In this document: positions 22,134-33,470 of the stretch, piece by piece | Layout: each line of letters opens with the position of its first letter | How positions within the stretch are numbered: the stretch's first letter is position 1 | Source of the DNA: Spirochaetota bacterium | Lineage (GTDB): Bacteria; Spirochaetota; UBA4802; JAFGJZ01 | NCBI GenBank assembly: GCA_016934935.1 | Contig: JAFGRW010000054.1 | Coordinates: forward strand, 17,900 to 81,899 | Length of the DNA stretch: 64,000 nt | Direction of reading: 5' to 3' | Program-made: the position numbers and the translations under genes | The notes under the pieces: generated by a model | What the model saw: the letters and a program-made list of their open reading frames with translations, nothing else | Told to the model about the DNA's origin: nothing | Databases searched by the model: none

Positions 22134-22751
22134 ATGATTGTAGATAAATATTCTGTAAAAGGTGAAAAAATTGGTCAGGTGGAATTGTCTGACAAGGTTT
22201 TTTCGGATAAGATTAATGATGTTGTTGTCTATGAGTATATAAAGGCTGCTAATGCGAATCTTCGGCAGGGAACTCATAAGACTAAAGAAAGAGCTGAAGT
22301 TAGCGGTGGTGGAGTTAAGCCTTGGCGTCAAAAAGGTACTGGACGTGCGCGTTCAGGATCAAACCGATCTCCAATTTGGGTTGGTGGTGGTACCGTTTTT
22401 GGACCAAGAGTGCGTTCGTACCGCATCGAGCTTCCAAAAAAGGTAAAGAAAAAGGCTTTCCGTTCAATATTGTCCATTAAAGCTCAACAAGGGGATATTG
22501 TTGTTGTTGAAGATTTTAATGTGGATTCGGGTAAAACCAAAGAGATGAATTCTGTCTTAAAGAAGCTTAATGTCGAAAGAGGTATTTTTGTCTCGTCTGG
22601 CGATGATACTATGATAAAAAGATCCATAAAAAATATTGCTGATGTTAAATATAACAATGCTTCCAGACTTTCTGGTCGTGACGTTTTTTATTCTAAAAAG
22701 GTGTTATTGACAGAAAGCGCTGTAAATGCTATAAATCAGAATTTCGCATAG
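22134..22751 (+). CDS. rplD: 50S ribosomal protein L4
   Basis: It is an L4 family protein of 205 aa. Confidence 0.93.
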   Translation: MIVDKYSVKGEKIGQVELSDKVFSDKINDVVVYEYIKAANANLRQGTHKTKERAEVSGGGVKPWRQKGTGRARSGSNRSPIWVGGGTVFGPRVRSYRIELPKKVKKKAFRSILSIKAQQGDIVVVEDFNVDSGKTKEMNSVLKKLNVERGIFVSSGDDTMIKRSIKNIADVKYNNASRLSGRDVFYSKKVLLTESAVNAINQNFA

Positions 22752-22754
22752 GGT

Positions 22755-23042
22755 ATGATGATGAATTTGAATGATGTTCTAATACGTCCGGTGATTACCG
22801 AAAAGACAACTGTTCAACAGGAAGATGGAAAGTATGTTTTTAAAGTAGATCGTCGAGCAAACAAAGTTTTGGTTAAACAGGCGGTAAAAAGTCTGTATAA
22901 TGTTGATGCTGAAAAGGTTAACATATCTATCGTTCGCGGTAAAAAAAAGAGAAATAAGTTTACAATCGGTTTTAAACCCTCTTGGAAGCGTGCTGTAGTT
23001 ACGCTTAAACAGGGAGATAAAATTGATTTGTATGAAAAATAA
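22755..23042 (+). CDS. rplW: 50S ribosomal protein L23
   Basis: It is an L23 family protein. Confidence 0.9.
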   Translation: MMMNLNDVLIRPVITEKTTVQQEDGKYVFKVDRRANKVLVKQAVKSLYNVDAEKVNISIVRGKKKRNKFTIGFKPSWKRAVVTLKQGDKIDLYEK

Positions 23043-23062
23043 TCAGTCATTAGGGTATAGCA

Positions 23063-23887
23063 ATGGGAATTAAAAATTACAGACCAATTACTCCGATTCA
23101 GAGATATAAGACTACTCTTGATTATGCAGATATTACAGTAGATAACCCATTTAAGGGTTTAACCAAAGGTAAATCTCAGAAAGCTGGACGTGGTGCAGGG
23201 AATAAGATTTCTGTTCGTAGAAAAGGTGGCGGGCATAAGCGTAAGTACCGGGTTATAGATTTTAAAAGAAACAAAATTGATGTTCCTGGTAAAGTAGAAA
23301 CAATCGAGTATGATCCAAATCGTTCTGCCAATATAGCTCTTATCCTTTACAAGGATGGAGAGAGAAGATATATAGTTGCTCCAAATAATCTTTCTGTCGG
23401 TGATGAAATTGTCTCAGGTGAAAAGGTTGAAGTAAGAGTTGGAAATGCTATGCCTCTAAAAAACATTCCAGTTGGTACCAGTATCTGCAATGTTGAGCTT
23501 AGTCTTGGTAAGGGTGGACAGCTGGCGCGTTCTGCTGGTGGTGCTGCACAGATTACTGGTCGCGAGGGAAAGTATTGTATGGTTAAGCTTCCTTCAGGCG
23601 AAATGAGGCGAGTACTTAAAGAGTGTATGGCTACTATCGGTGAAATAGGCAACAAGGATCATATGAATGTTACTATAGGTAAAGCCGGCCGTTCACGTTG
23701 GATGAATAAAAGACCAAAAGTTCGTGGTTGCGCAATGAACCCTGTCGATCACCCTCTTGGTGGTGGTGAAGGTAAGAGTGCTGGAAAGAGACACCCTGTT
23801 TCTCCTACAGGTGTGCCTGCTAAAGGTTACAAAACTCGAAAGAAAAATAAATACAGTGATAATATGATTATCAATAGAAGGAAGTAA
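23063..23887 (+). CDS. rplB: 50S ribosomal protein L2
   Basis: It is an L2 family protein of 274 aa. Confidence 0.95.
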   Translation: MGIKNYRPITPIQRYKTTLDYADITVDNPFKGLTKGKSQKAGRGAGNKISVRRKGGGHKRKYRVIDFKRNKIDVPGKVETIEYDPNRSANIALILYKDGERRYIVAPNNLSVGDEIVSGEKVEVRVGNAMPLKNIPVGTSICNVELSLGKGGQLARSAGGAAQITGREGKYCMVKLPSGEMRRVLKECMATIGEIGNKDHMNVTIGKAGRSRWMNKRPKVRGCAMNPVDHPLGGGEGKSAGKRHPVSPTGVPAKGYKTRKKNKYSDNMIINRRK

Positions 23888-23889
23888 AT

Positions 23890-24174
23890 ATGGCTAGATC
23901 GGTAAAAAAAGGACCATTTATTGACATAAAGCTCTATAAGAAAATTGAAGAGATGAATTCTTCTGGGGCTAAAAAAACTATTAAGACCTGGTCGAGACGT
24001 TCAACAATTTTTCCTGAAATGATCGGTCATACTTTAATGGTTCACAATGGGAAGAGTTTCATCCCGGTATATGTTACAGAGAATATGGTTGGTCACAAAC
24101 TGGGAGAATTCTCTCCAACGAGAAACTACCGTGGCCATTCAAGTAAAAATGATAAAGTTGCTAAAAAAAGATAG
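23890..24174 (+). CDS. rpsS: 30S ribosomal protein S19
   Basis: It is an S19 family protein. Confidence 0.95.
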   Translation: MARSVKKGPFIDIKLYKKIEEMNSSGAKKTIKTWSRRSTIFPEMIGHTLMVHNGKSFIPVYVTENMVGHKLGEFSPTRNYRGHSSKNDKVAKKR

Positions 24175-24190
24175 ATTGGGATTATAGAAG

Positions 24191-24526
24191 ATGGAAACAA
24201 AAGCAATAGCAAAAACGGTGCGCATGTCTCCTATGAAGGCAAGATTAGTAGCCGATAACGTTAGGGGTATGTCTTTTCCGGTCGCTGTGGATATGTTATC
24301 ATATATGCCTAACAGTTCTGCTGCGATCATTCTTAAAACACTTAAATCAGCCGGAGCAAACGCAAAGAATATTGATCCTGATCTTCAGGAAGCAGATCTT
24401 TTCGTTAAGAAGATCACGATTGATGAAGGTGTAAGATTAAAGCGGTTTAGACCGCGTGCCCGTGGCCGTGCATCAAGAATACGAAAGAAAACCAGTCATG
24501 TTACTGTAGTATTATCAGACGAATAA
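24191..24526 (+). CDS. rplV: 50S ribosomal protein L22
   Basis: It is an L22 family protein. Confidence 0.93.
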   Translation: METKAIAKTVRMSPMKARLVADNVRGMSFPVAVDMLSYMPNSSAAIILKTLKSAGANAKNIDPDLQEADLFVKKITIDEGVRLKRFRPRARGRASRIRKKTSHVTVVLSDE

Positions 24527-24537
24527 AGGAATATTTC

Positions 24538-25224
24538 ATGGGACAAAAAGTAAATCCAATTGGACTCAGGGTCGGAATAGTAAAAACATGGAGCGGTATC
24601 TGGTTTGATGAAAAAAAACAGTACCGGAAAAATCTTCATGAAGATCTAAAGATTGAATCTTTTATTAAAAAAGAACATAAGAATGCCGGTATAGCGAAGG
24701 TTATTATTGAAAGACTCGCCGATAAGGTAAATATTCATATCCACGCTGCACGTCCGGGAATTCTTATCGGAAAAAAAGGTGCTTTTCACGAGGTTATTCA
24801 GGCAAATATTCAGAAGCTTGCGTCAAAAAAAGTCTATGTTTATATTGTTGAAGTAAAAAAAGTTGAACGTAATTCTCAAATAGTTGCTCAACAAATTGCA
24901 CAACAGCTTGAAGGACGTTTTCCTTATAGAAGAGCAGTTAAACAGGCAATAACTGCTGCCACACGTTCCGGTTGCAAGGGAATAAAGGTTATGGTTTCTG
25001 GACGATTAAACGGAGCCGAAATGGCCAGAAGTGAATCGTACAAGGAAGGTCGAATTCCTCTTCATACGCTTAGAGCCGATATTGACTACGGTTTTGCAGA
25101 AGCTTTGACAACTTTCGGTTTAATTGGAGTTAAAGTCTGGATTTATAACGGAGACATTCTTTCAAAAAATGATGCCGAGCAAAATCAGGAAGATAAATAC
25201 GCAGTAAAACGCAAGACAAAGTAA
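24538..25224 (+). CDS. rpsC: 30S ribosomal protein S3
   Basis: It is an S3 family protein with KH and S3-C regions. Confidence 0.95.
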   Translation: MGQKVNPIGLRVGIVKTWSGIWFDEKKQYRKNLHEDLKIESFIKKEHKNAGIAKVIIERLADKVNIHIHAARPGILIGKKGAFHEVIQANIQKLASKKVYVYIVEVKKVERNSQIVAQQIAQQLEGRFPYRRAVKQAITAATRSGCKGIKVMVSGRLNGAEMARSESYKEGRIPLHTLRADIDYGFAEALTTFGLIGVKVWIYNGDILSKNDAEQNQEDKYAVKRKTK

Positions 25225-25242
25225 TGGTTAGGGTTATAAATA

Positions 25243-25653
25243 ATGTTAATGCCTAAAAAAGTTAAGCATAGAAAGATACATCGCGGTCGCCTAAAGGGAT
25301 CCGCTCAACGAGGTTCTTCAATTTCTTTTGGTGAGATAGCCATTAAGGCTTTGGAGCGTGGAAAACTTAACAGTCGTCAGATTGAGGCTGCTCGTATTTC
25401 TATTACACGTAAGGTAAAGCGTGGTGGAAAGTTATGGATTAGGGTTTTTCCTGATCAACCTTTTACAAAGAAACCTGCTGAAACTCGACAGGGAAAAGGT
25501 AAAGGAAATCCGGAAGGTTTTGAAGCTCATGTTTTACCAGGTCGAATTCTTTTCGAACTTGCCGGTGTAAACAATGAGATTGGTATAGCTGCTTTGAAAG
25601 CCGCAGCTTCTAAACTGCCAATTAAAACAAAAGTTATAACACTTGAAGATTGA
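25243..25653 (+). CDS. rplP: 50S ribosomal protein L16
   Basis: It starts [15 protein letters not shown]. Confidence 0.95.
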   Translation: MLMPKKVKHRKIHRGRLKGSAQRGSSISFGEIAIKALERGKLNSRQIEAARISITRKVKRGGKLWIRVFPDQPFTKKPAETRQGKGKGNPEGFEAHVLPGRILFELAGVNNEIGIAALKAAASKLPIKTKVITLED

Positions 25654-25665
25654 TAGGTTTTTAAT

Positions 25666-25866
25666 ATGAAAGGACACCTTGAAGAATTAACCAGTGATGA
25701 GCTAATAAAGGCGCTTAATGAGTCAAAGTCTAAGATTCAGGAAGCCCGCTTTAAAGTTGTGACTGGTAACATGGATAATACCAAGTTGATTCGTGAAGAG
25801 AAAAAAAAGATTGCGCGAATACTCACTCTTAAAAAAGAGTATGATCTTGGAAAACGTAAAAAGTAA
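25666..25866 (+). CDS. rpmC: 50S ribosomal protein L29
   Basis: It is 66 aa with the L29 pattern. Confidence 0.85.
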   Translation: MKGHLEELTSDELIKALNESKSKIQEARFKVVTGNMDNTKLIREEKKKIARILTLKKEYDLGKRKK

Positions 25867-25881
25867 TAGAGCAGGTAATTT

Positions 25882-26142
25882 TTGATGGAAAACAAAAAGC
25901 CACGAAGACAGATGGTGGGTAAAGTCACCAGTAATAAAATGGATAAAACAGCTGTTGTTCTTACCGAGAAGATGACAATGCATCCTCTTTATAAGAAATA
26001 TGTTAAACAGAGTAAGAAGATCAAATGTCACGATGAAGATAATACTTTATCAATTGGTGACACAGTTCGTATCGAAGAGACAAGACCGCTATCCAAGGAT
26101 AAACGTTTTACTCTTGTTGAAATAATCGAAAAAGTTAAGTAG
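25882..26142 (+). CDS. rpsQ: 30S ribosomal protein S17
   Basis: It is an S17 family protein. Confidence 0.9.
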   Translation: MMENKKPRRQMVGKVTSNKMDKTAVVLTEKMTMHPLYKKYVKQSKKIKCHDEDNTLSIGDTVRIEETRPLSKDKRFTLVEIIEKVK

Positions 26143-26151
26143 GGATTTATC

Positions 26152-26544
26152 ATGATACAGATGCAGACATACCTGAATGTTGCTGATAACAGCGGTGTAA
26201 AAAAAGTACAGTGTATCAAAGTACTTGGTGGTACTAATCGTAGATACGCAACGGTTGGTGATATTATTGTTGTTGCAGTAAAAGACTCTCACCCGTCTTA
26301 TGGTTTAAAAGACAGTACTGGTAAAAAAGTACATACCAAATCTGTTTTAAAAGCAGTTATTGTTCGTACTACCAAACCTGTGCGTCGACCTGATGGTTCT
26401 TATATCCGTTTTGATGATAATGCTGTCGCGATAATTGATGCCAAAAATGAACCTCGCGGCACACGTATCTTTGGACCGGTCGCAAGGGAATTACGCGAGA
26501 AGAATTTTATGAAAATAGTTTCTTTGGCACCAGAAGTACTTTAA
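26152..26544 (+). CDS. rplN: 50S ribosomal protein L14
   Basis: It reads [18 protein letters not shown]. Confidence 0.95.
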   Translation: MIQMQTYLNVADNSGVKKVQCIKVLGGTNRRYATVGDIIVVAVKDSHPSYGLKDSTGKKVHTKSVLKAVIVRTTKPVRRPDGSYIRFDDNAVAIIDAKNEPRGTRIFGPVARELREKNFMKIVSLAPEVL

Positions 26545-26557
26545 GAGGATTAATAAT

Positions 26558-26878
26558 ATGTTTAAGACTAAAATAAAAAAAGAAGACCAGGTTGTTGTTA
26601 TTTCTGGTTCAGATAAGGGTAAAAGAGGAAAAGTTCTTTTTGTTGATAATGAGAAAAATCGAGTTCTTGTCGAAGGCGTTAATAAAAAGAAAAAACATAT
26701 CAAAAAAGCTCAGTCACCTAACGGTCAGGGCGGGATACTTGATATGGAATTTCCTATGAAACTCTCAAAAGTAATGTTTTTTTGCGAGAAATGCAAAAAA
26801 GGCGTCCGTGTTGGTAAAGAGATTTCTGGCGATAATAAATACCGTATTTGCCGAAAATGCGGAAAAAGATTGGACTAA
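26558..26878 (+). CDS. rplX: 50S ribosomal protein L24
   Basis: It has a KOW motif. The C-terminal CxxC...CxxC suggests a Zn ribbon. Confidence 0.9.
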   Translation: MFKTKIKKEDQVVVISGSDKGKRGKVLFVDNEKNRVLVEGVNKKKKHIKKAQSPNGQGGILDMEFPMKLSKVMFFCEKCKKGVRVGKEISGDNKYRICRKCGKRLD

Positions 26879-26890
26879 AGGGTAATTGAA

Positions 26891-27433
26891 ATGTCAGCAA
26901 GATTATTTGATCTTTATAAAAAAGATGTAAAAAAGCAGCTTATGGATACTTTTAAGTATAAATCTTCGATGGAAATTCCAAAAATCGAAAAAGTTGTACT
27001 TAATATTGGTATGGGTGATGCCCATGCAAATTCAAAACGACTTGCTTCGACTATGGATGAGTTGGCCGCGATAACTGGACAAAAGCCCGTTAAAACTGTC
27101 GCAAAAAAGTCGATTGCAAACTTCAAAATACGAGATGGCTATGATGTAGGTTGCAAAGTCACTTTGCGTGGTGATACCATGTACGAGTTTTTGGATCGAT
27201 TGATAAATTTCTCTCTTCCTCGTGTTCGTGACTTTAAAGGTATTTCTCCAAAGTCGTTTGATAATTTTGGTAACTATAATTTTTCTGTTAAAGAACAGAT
27301 TATTTTTCCCGAGATCGATTTTGATAAAGCGGAATATATATATGGTATTAATATAACAGTTGTTACTACTGGAAAATCTAAAGAAGAAGCTAAGGCATTG
27401 CTTGATGGTTTTGGCATGCCGTTTTGGGAGTAG
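26891..27433 (+). CDS. rplE: 50S ribosomal protein L5
   Basis: It is an L5 family protein. Confidence 0.95.
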   Translation: MSARLFDLYKKDVKKQLMDTFKYKSSMEIPKIEKVVLNIGMGDAHANSKRLASTMDELAAITGQKPVKTVAKKSIANFKIRDGYDVGCKVTLRGDTMYEFLDRLINFSLPRVRDFKGISPKSFDNFGNYNFSVKEQIIFPEIDFDKAEYIYGINITVVTTGKSKEEAKALLDGFGMPFWE

Positions 27434-27443
27434 GGGTTGACTG

Positions 27444-27629
27444 ATGGCTAAAGAGAGTATGATAGCAAAGCATCTTCGAGGTGCTAAATTCAAAGTGAGA
27501 AATCATAACAGATGTGCGGTTTGCGGAAGACCTCGCGGTTTTCTTCGACGTTTTGATATGTGTCGTGTCTGTTTTAGAAAATATGCTGCAGAAGGAAAAA
27601 TTCCGGGTGTTACGAAATCATCCTGGTAA
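27444..27629 (+). CDS. rpsN: 30S ribosomal protein S14 type Z (zinc-binding)
   Basis: It is 61 aa with CAVCGRP...CRVCFR. Confidence 0.93.
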   Translation: MAKESMIAKHLRGAKFKVRNHNRCAVCGRPRGFLRRFDMCRVCFRKYAAEGKIPGVTKSSW

Positions 27630-27644
27630 GATAAGAGGAGTAAT

Positions 27645-28046
27645 ATGAGTTCAATTTCAGATCCAATAGCTGATATGCTTACACGTATTCGAAACGCTGT
27701 AATGGCAAATAAAAGCAAGGTAGTTGTGCCTCATTCCAATATGAAAGAATCTATTGCAAGGATTCTGAAAGATGAGGGATTTATACGAAATTATAAAATA
27801 ATTGAAGATTCAGTTCAGAATACAATTTCAATACAACTTAAATATACAGACAGCGGTGAATCTGTAATACAGCATTTAAAAAGAAAAAGTTCACCTGGAA
27901 GACGTGTTTATATAAAAACTGAAGATTTAAAGCCGGTTCTTAATAATGTTGGTATTTGGATCTTATCTACGTCTAAAGGTGTTATTACAAATAAGTCTGC
28001 CAAAGTTCAGAATATTGGTGGCGAGTTACTGTGTGAAATAGCATAA
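27645..28046 (+). CDS. rpsH: 30S ribosomal protein S8
   Basis: It is an S8 family protein. Confidence 0.95.
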   Translation: MSSISDPIADMLTRIRNAVMANKSKVVVPHSNMKESIARILKDEGFIRNYKIIEDSVQNTISIQLKYTDSGESVIQHLKRKSSPGRRVYIKTEDLKPVLNNVGIWILSTSKGVITNKSAKVQNIGGELLCEIA

Positions 28047-28070
28047 AATTTATAGTTTGAGTGTAGAAAT

Positions 28071-28616
28071 ATGTCACGTATAGGAAAAAAACCGATTAGT
28101 ATACCTGAAAAGGTTACGTATGAAATATCCGGTAATAAAATTACTGTTAAAGGACCACGCGGTGAAGATTGTTGTGAGTTCTGCGATGGTTTAGTTTTCA
28201 AAGAAGAAGATGGTGCGCTATGCATAACTAAGGCATCTGACCGTCAAGATGATAAAGATTTGAATGCAAAATACGGTCTTTTCAGGTCGCTTATTTCAAA
28301 TATTTTCATCGGAGTTTCTACCGGATTTGAAAAAAAATTAGAGATAAATGGTGTTGGATACCGTGTTCAGCAACAAGGAAATGATATCCAGTTAAATCTT
28401 GGATTTTCACATCCTGTTATATTTAAAGCACCAGCTGGAATCAAGATAGAGGTTGTTGATCAGACTCATCTTACTGTTTCCGGCTTTAATAAACAGCAGG
28501 TTGGTCAGGTTGCTGCAAATATCAGAGAGCTTCGCGCTCCAGAGCCATATAAGGGCAAGGGTATCAAGTACAGTACAGAAATAATCAGAAGAAAAGCTGG
28601 TAAGGCAGGTAAGTAA
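28071..28616 (+). CDS. rplF: 50S ribosomal protein L6
   Basis: It is an L6 family protein. Confidence 0.93.
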   Translation: MSRIGKKPISIPEKVTYEISGNKITVKGPRGEDCCEFCDGLVFKEEDGALCITKASDRQDDKDLNAKYGLFRSLISNIFIGVSTGFEKKLEINGVGYRVQQQGNDIQLNLGFSHPVIFKAPAGIKIEVVDQTHLTVSGFNKQQVGQVAANIRELRAPEPYKGKGIKYSTEIIRRKAGKAGK

Positions 28617-28619
28617 AAT

Positions 28620-28988
28620 ATGAAGAATGTCAGTGCAAAAGAGCGTCGTTATATTAAAAGACGTCTTCGTGTAAAAAATAAAATTAAAACTGAAGATCTT
28701 ACTCGCAAACGCCTATGTATATACCGTTCGAATAAGTCGATGTATGCACAGATAATTGATGACAGTGAGAAGGTTACACTTGTTGGTGTTTCTACACTTT
28801 CTAAAGAATTTTCCGGCAAAAAGGGCCTTTGTAATAAAGATAATGCAAAGATTTTAGGCAAAATGGTGGCAGATCAAGCAAAAGAGAAAGGAATAACCCG
28901 TCTTTTCTTTGATAGAAACGGCTATCTTTATCATGGCAAGATCAAAGCTTTTGCTGATTCAGTGCGCGAGAATGGAATTGAACTATAA
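28620..28988 (+). CDS. rplR: 50S ribosomal protein L18
   Basis: It is an L18 family protein. Confidence 0.9.
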   Translation: MKNVSAKERRYIKRRLRVKNKIKTEDLTRKRLCIYRSNKSMYAQIIDDSEKVTLVGVSTLSKEFSGKKGLCNKDNAKILGKMVADQAKEKGITRLFFDRNGYLYHGKIKAFADSVRENGIEL

Positions 28989-28990
28989 GG

Positions 28991-29524
28991 GTGACTATGA
29001 TGAATAAGAATATGGCTAAAAAGAGAAGAGTTAACGGATCCGGTATTGAGCTTGAAGAAAAGATTGTATTAATAAATCGCGTTGCCAAAGTAGTTAAAGG
29101 TGGACGACGTTTTTCTTTTAGTGCACTTGCTGTTGTTGGTGATGGAAATGGCCATGTAGGTGTTGGATTTGGTAAGGCAAACGAGGTTCCGGATGCTATT
29201 CGAAAAAGTGTTGATGCAGGAAAAAAAGAAGTTTTTAAAATAAATCTTCGTAATTCAACAATACCTCATCAGGTTATTGGAGAGTATAAATCAGCAAGGG
29301 TTATTTTAAAACCCGCAACTCCAGGTACAGGTATTATTGCCGGGGGTAGTGTTCGTGCTGTTTTGGAAAAGGCCGGTGTTTCTGATATATTGGCTAAATC
29401 TAATGGATCACGTAATCCAATTAATATTGTTAAGGCAACACTCAATGGTCTTCTGAAATTAAGAAGTCTTAAAGAAGTTGCTGATATGCGTGAAATTCCA
29501 CTTAATAAACTCTGGGAAGCATAG
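28991..29524 (+). CDS. rpsE: 30S ribosomal protein S5
   Basis: It is an S5 family protein. The start is ambiguous between GTG 28991, ATG 28997 and ATG 29000. Confidence 0.93.
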   Translation: MTMMNKNMAKKRRVNGSGIELEEKIVLINRVAKVVKGGRRFSFSALAVVGDGNGHVGVGFGKANEVPDAIRKSVDAGKKEVFKINLRNSTIPHQVIGEYKSARVILKPATPGTGIIAGGSVRAVLEKAGVSDILAKSNGSRNPINIVKATLNGLLKLRSLKEVADMREIPLNKLWEA

Positions 29525-29533
29525 GTATAAGTA

Positions 29534-29713
29534 ATGGCAAAAGTTAAAATTAAACAGGTAAAGAGTGGTATTGGTCGTAAACCAATGCAGCGTAAAACTT
29601 TACGTGCTCTAGGATTAAGAAAAATTAACGCCGAACGTGTACATGAAGATAATCCTGTAATACGCGGTATGATTGATAAAGTTAAGCACTTGGTAGAAAT
29701 ATCAGCAGAATAA
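29534..29713 (+). CDS. rpmD: 50S ribosomal protein L30
   Basis: It translates to [59 protein letters not shown]. It is below the ORF-track cutoff. Confidence 0.85.
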   Translation: MAKVKIKQVKSGIGRKPMQRKTLRALGLRKINAERVHEDNPVIRGMIDKVKHLVEISAE

Positions 29714-29732
29714 ATGTAGGTGAGTGATCATA

Positions 29733-30170
29733 ATGGAATCATATAGCATTAAAAAACCTGCTTCAGTTAAAAGCAGAAAAAGAGTTGGACGCGGAATGTC
29801 CAGTGGTTGTGGTAAAACTTCAAGTCGTGGTATGAATGGTCAAATGTGCCGTTCCGGTGCTACTCATCGTGCCTGGTTTGAGGGTGGACAGCTTCCTTTG
29901 ATGCGCCGAATCCCTAAGCGTGGTTTTAATAATAGTAATTTTGCTACAAATTACCAGCTTGTTAATATTTCCAAGCTTGAAAATTTGACAGAAACTGAAA
30001 TTACACCTGAGGTTCTTGAGGCAAAAGGGCTTATCCGTGATAAATCCGGTCTCGTAAAGGTTCTTGCAAAGGGTGAAATAAAAAAATCACTTAATATAAC
30101 AGCAGATGCGTTTTCTGCTACTGCAAAGGAAAAAATTGAAAAAGCCGGCGGAAAGATCTCGGTAAGATAA
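29733..30170 (+). CDS. rplO: 50S ribosomal protein L15
   Basis: It has RKRVGRG. ATG 29733 is preferred, with GTG 29724 as an in-frame alternative. Confidence 0.9.
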   Translation: MESYSIKKPASVKSRKRVGRGMSSGCGKTSSRGMNGQMCRSGATHRAWFEGGQLPLMRRIPKRGFNNSNFATNYQLVNISKLENLTETEITPEVLEAKGLIRDKSGLVKVLAKGEIKKSLNITADAFSATAKEKIEKAGGKISVR

Positions 30171-30180
30171 GGGAAACTCC

Positions 30181-31521
30181 ATGTCAAATGTACTTGTAAA
30201 TATCTTTAAGGTTGCTGATATCCGAAAAAAGGTTCTTTTTACTCTTTTCATTTTATTAATATTTAGAATTGGTGCTCATATACCTATCCCTGGTGTAAAT
30301 ATTGAAGCTCTGGCAGCTTTTTTTGAAAGCGCATCACAGAGTGGTGCGGGTGGGTTATTGAAGTTTTTTGATCTTTTTTCCGGTGGAGCGTTAACCCGTT
30401 TCACTGTTTTTGCATTGGGTATTATGCCTTATATTACAGCTTCGATTGTTTTTCAACTTTTACAGGTTATTGTTCCTTCAATTGAAAAAATCGTGAAAGA
30501 GGGACCAGAGGGCAGAAAGAAAATTCAGAAATGGACAAAATATCTTACTCTTGTACTATGTTTCGTTCAATCAAGCAGTATATCTATATTTCTTAAGGCT
30601 CAGCTTGTTCCAGGATTTGGTAAAATCGTAGAAATGGAATCTGATATTGCTTTTTATCTGTTAACAGCTTTGACGATTACTACTGGTACAATGATTTTAA
30701 TGTGGCTTGGAGAACTAATTACTGAATACGGTGTTGGTAATGGAATATCGTTACTAATATTTGCGGGTATAATTGTAAGGTTTCCATCGGCTATTGTAGA
30801 TACTGCTCGTAGAATAATCAGCAGATCTGAGCCGATTGTTTTCATAATGCTTCTCGTAATCTTCCTTGCTATTGTAGCAGGCGCTATTCTTTTAACTTTG
30901 GGACGTCGAAATATTCCTCTTCAATTTGGTAAACGTCAAATGGGAGGGCGTGTTACTTCTCAGACTTTGCCTATTCCTGTTAATGCTGGTAATGTTATGC
31001 CTATAATATTTGGTGTTGCAATCATGCAGTTTCCACAGGTTTTAACAAGTTTACCTGTATTTAAAGAGAGCAATCCTATTCTTGATAAAATTCAGATATA
31101 TCTTTCACCTGGGCAAATACCTTATTTGATTATATATACCGTTTTAATAATTTTCTTCTCGTTTTTTTATGCGGCAATTGCATTTAATACTGAAGATGTT
31201 GCTAAGAATCTGAAACGAAATCAGGGGTTTATTCCTGGAATTAGACCGGGTTCTGCTACTGCTGAATATTTAAGTCGGGTTCTTAATCGTGTTACTCTTA
31301 CTGGGGCATTCTTTTTGGCATTGATTGCAATTACACCTGATTTATTGATAAGATTGTTTCCAAGTGAGATTTCGCCATCTATGGCATATATGTTTGGCGG
31401 AACTTCGCTAATGATTATTGTTGGTGTTGCTCTTGATACTCTAAAGCAGGTTGAGTCTCAACTAAAGATGCGTCATTATGACGGGTTTTTCAAGAAAGGA
31501 CGAATGAGAGGAAGAAGATAG
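30181..31521 (+). CDS. secY: preprotein translocase subunit SecY
   Basis: It is 446 aa with 10 TM helices and a SecY family sequence. Confidence 0.95.
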   Translation: MSNVLVNIFKVADIRKKVLFTLFILLIFRIGAHIPIPGVNIEALAAFFESASQSGAGGLLKFFDLFSGGALTRFTVFALGIMPYITASIVFQLLQVIVPSIEKIVKEGPEGRKKIQKWTKYLTLVLCFVQSSSISIFLKAQLVPGFGKIVEMESDIAFYLLTALTITTGTMILMWLGELITEYGVGNGISLLIFAGIIVRFPSAIVDTARRIISRSEPIVFIMLLVIFLAIVAGAILLTLGRRNIPLQFGKRQMGGRVTSQTLPIPVNAGNVMPIIFGVAIMQFPQVLTSLPVFKESNPILDKIQIYLSPGQIPYLIIYTVLIIFFSFFYAAIAFNTEDVAKNLKRNQGFIPGIRPGSATAEYLSRVLNRVTLTGAFFLALIAITPDLLIRLFPSEISPSMAYMFGGTSLMIIVGVALDTLKQVESQLKMRHYDGFFKKGRMRGRR

Positions 31522-31538
31522 TTGCTGGTTGAAAATTT

Positions 31539-32303
31539 GTGAGTATTTATATCTATAAAAAAGAGCAGATAAAAAAAATCGAGAATGCTTGTCTTATTAC
31601 TGCAAATATTCTTGACGAATTAGAGTCCAAAATTGTAGAAGGTATCTCTACGTTTGAAATTGATCAATATGCACGAAAATATATCAAGGCTCATAAAGTT
31701 AAATCGGCTTTTTTGGGCTATGGGGGATTTCCGGCAACTGTATGTACTTCTGTAAACGATGAAGTTATACATGGAATACCTCGAAAAGATTGTGTTCTCA
31801 AAAATGGTGATATTGTTGGGATGGACTTTGGGGTTATTGCGGATAATTATTTTGGAGATTCCGCTAGAACTATAGCTGTTGGAAAAGTTGATCCTAAAGT
31901 CGAAAAGCTTTTAGAAGTTACCCGTGATTCGTTGTATAAGGGGATTTCTTCAGCGGTAGTCGGTAACAGAATTTCAGATATATCCAACAGCGTTGAAAAA
32001 TATGTATCTAAGTTCGGTTTTAAGCCTGTCCGTGAATTCAGTGGACATGGTATTGGTTTAAATCTTCACGAGGAACCTTCTATTCCTAATTATGGCAAGG
32101 CTGGACGTGGACCCAGGGTAACAGAGGGAATGGTTTTTGCTATTGAACCCATGATTAATACCGGTACCTCCGATGTTGATGTTTTGGATGATAACTGGAC
32201 TGTTGTAACCGCTGATGGGTCTTTTTCAGCGCATTTCGAACATACAGTTGCAGTAATTGATGGAAAGGCCAGGATACTTACACGGGGAGCTAATTTTAAT
32301 TAA
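31539..32303 (+). CDS. map: type I methionine aminopeptidase
   Basis: It is 254 aa with a GTG start. It follows secY directly, with no adk between them. Confidence 0.9.
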   Translation: MSIYIYKKEQIKKIENACLITANILDELESKIVEGISTFEIDQYARKYIKAHKVKSAFLGYGGFPATVCTSVNDEVIHGIPRKDCVLKNGDIVGMDFGVIADNYFGDSARTIAVGKVDPKVEKLLEVTRDSLYKGISSAVVGNRISDISNSVEKYVSKFGFKPVREFSGHGIGLNLHEEPSIPNYGKAGRGPRVTEGMVFAIEPMINTGTSDVDVLDDNWTVVTADGSFSAHFEHTVAVIDGKARILTRGANFN

Positions 32304-32316
32304 GAAGGGTTTATAA

Positions 32317-32535
32317 ATGGCTAAAGAAGAACCAATAGAAATTGAAGGTGTAGTAGTTGAGACACTACCTAACGCGATGTTTCGCGTTAAACTTGAAAAT
32401 GAGCATATTGTACTTGCTCATATATCAGGTAAAATGAGAATGCATTATATTCGTATTCTTCCGGGAGACAAGGTTACTGTGGAATTGTCTCCTTATGATT
32501 TAACTCGTGGAAGAATCACATATAGATCAAAATAG
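32317..32535 (+). CDS. infA: translation initiation factor IF-1
   Basis: It is 72 aa with an S1-like fold sequence. Confidence 0.95.
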   Translation: MAKEEPIEIEGVVVETLPNAMFRVKLENEHIVLAHISGKMRMHYIRILPGDKVTVELSPYDLTRGRITYRSK

Positions 32536-32549
32536 ATGAGGCAGAAAAG

Positions 32550-32681
32550 ATGAAAGTTCGGGTTTCTGTAAAGAAAATATGTAGTGATTGTCAGGTAATC
32601 AAACGTCATGGTGTTATCCGTGTTATTTGTAAAAATCCGCGTCACAAACAAAGACAAAAAGTTAGAACTGTTAAAAAATAA
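32550..32681 (+). CDS. rpmJ: 50S ribosomal protein L36 (with short C-terminal extension)
   Basis: It translates to [43 protein letters not shown]. It is not in the ORF track. Confidence 0.85.
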   Translation: MKVRVSVKKICSDCQVIKRHGVIRVICKNPRHKQRQKVRTVKK

Positions 32682-32697
32682 GGATTGGTGAATAGAT

Positions 32698-33060
32698 ATG
32701 GCACGTATTTCCGGAGTTGATTTACCGAATAATAAGCGTATTGAAATTGCGTTAACATATATTTTCGGTATTGGATTAACAACTTCCAAGCTTATTTTAT
32801 CTAAAACTGGTATTAATCCCAATACCCGCGCAAAAGATTTAACCGATGATGAGGTGAACTCACTTCGTCAGACGATAAATGAAACCAAAAAGGTCGAAGG
32901 TGAACTTCGCTCCGAAATAGCTATCAATATAAAGCGATTGATGGATATTGGCTGTTATCGAGGTCTTCGTCATCGTAGAGGTCTTCCTGTAAGAGGACAG
33001 AATACTAAAAATAACGCTAAAACTCGTAAGAATAACCGAAAAGGTTCATTTAAGAAATAA
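32698..33060 (+). CDS. rpsM: 30S ribosomal protein S13
   Basis: It starts [10 protein letters not shown]. Confidence 0.95.
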   Translation: MARISGVDLPNNKRIEIALTYIFGIGLTTSKLILSKTGINPNTRAKDLTDDEVNSLRQTINETKKVEGELRSEIAINIKRLMDIGCYRGLRHRRGLPVRGQNTKNNAKTRKNNRKGSFKK

Positions 33061-33071
33061 GGAGATCTTCT

Positions 33072-33455
33072 GTGAAACAGAAAGGAAAAAAAAGGGATAA
33101 AAAGAATGTGCCTATTGGCCGTTGTTATATTAAGGCAACATATAATAATACAATTATATCCATTACAGATATGACAGGTAATATCATTTCTTGGGCTTCT
33201 TCCGGTGGTGAAGGCTTTAAAGGTTCAAGAAAATCTACTCCATATGCGGCACAGATGGCAGCAAAAAATGCAGCTCAGAAAGCAATAGATGTAGCTGGCA
33301 TGAAAACAATTGATGTATATGTTAAAGGGCCTGGTATTGGACGTGAGTCTGCAATCAGATCTTTAGCTCAGACTGGATTAGATATAACTAAAATTATTGA
33401 TAAAACACCTGTTCCGCATAATGGTTGCAGACCACGGAAAAAACGAAGAGTATAA
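33072..33455 (+). CDS. rpsK: 30S ribosomal protein S11
   Basis: It is an S11 family protein. Confidence 0.95.
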   Translation: MKQKGKKRDKKNVPIGRCYIKATYNNTIISITDMTGNIISWASSGGEGFKGSRKSTPYAAQMAAKNAAQKAIDVAGMKTIDVYVKGPGIGRESAIRSLAQTGLDITKIIDKTPVPHNGCRPRKKRRV

Positions 33456-33470
33456 TACGGAGTACTAATT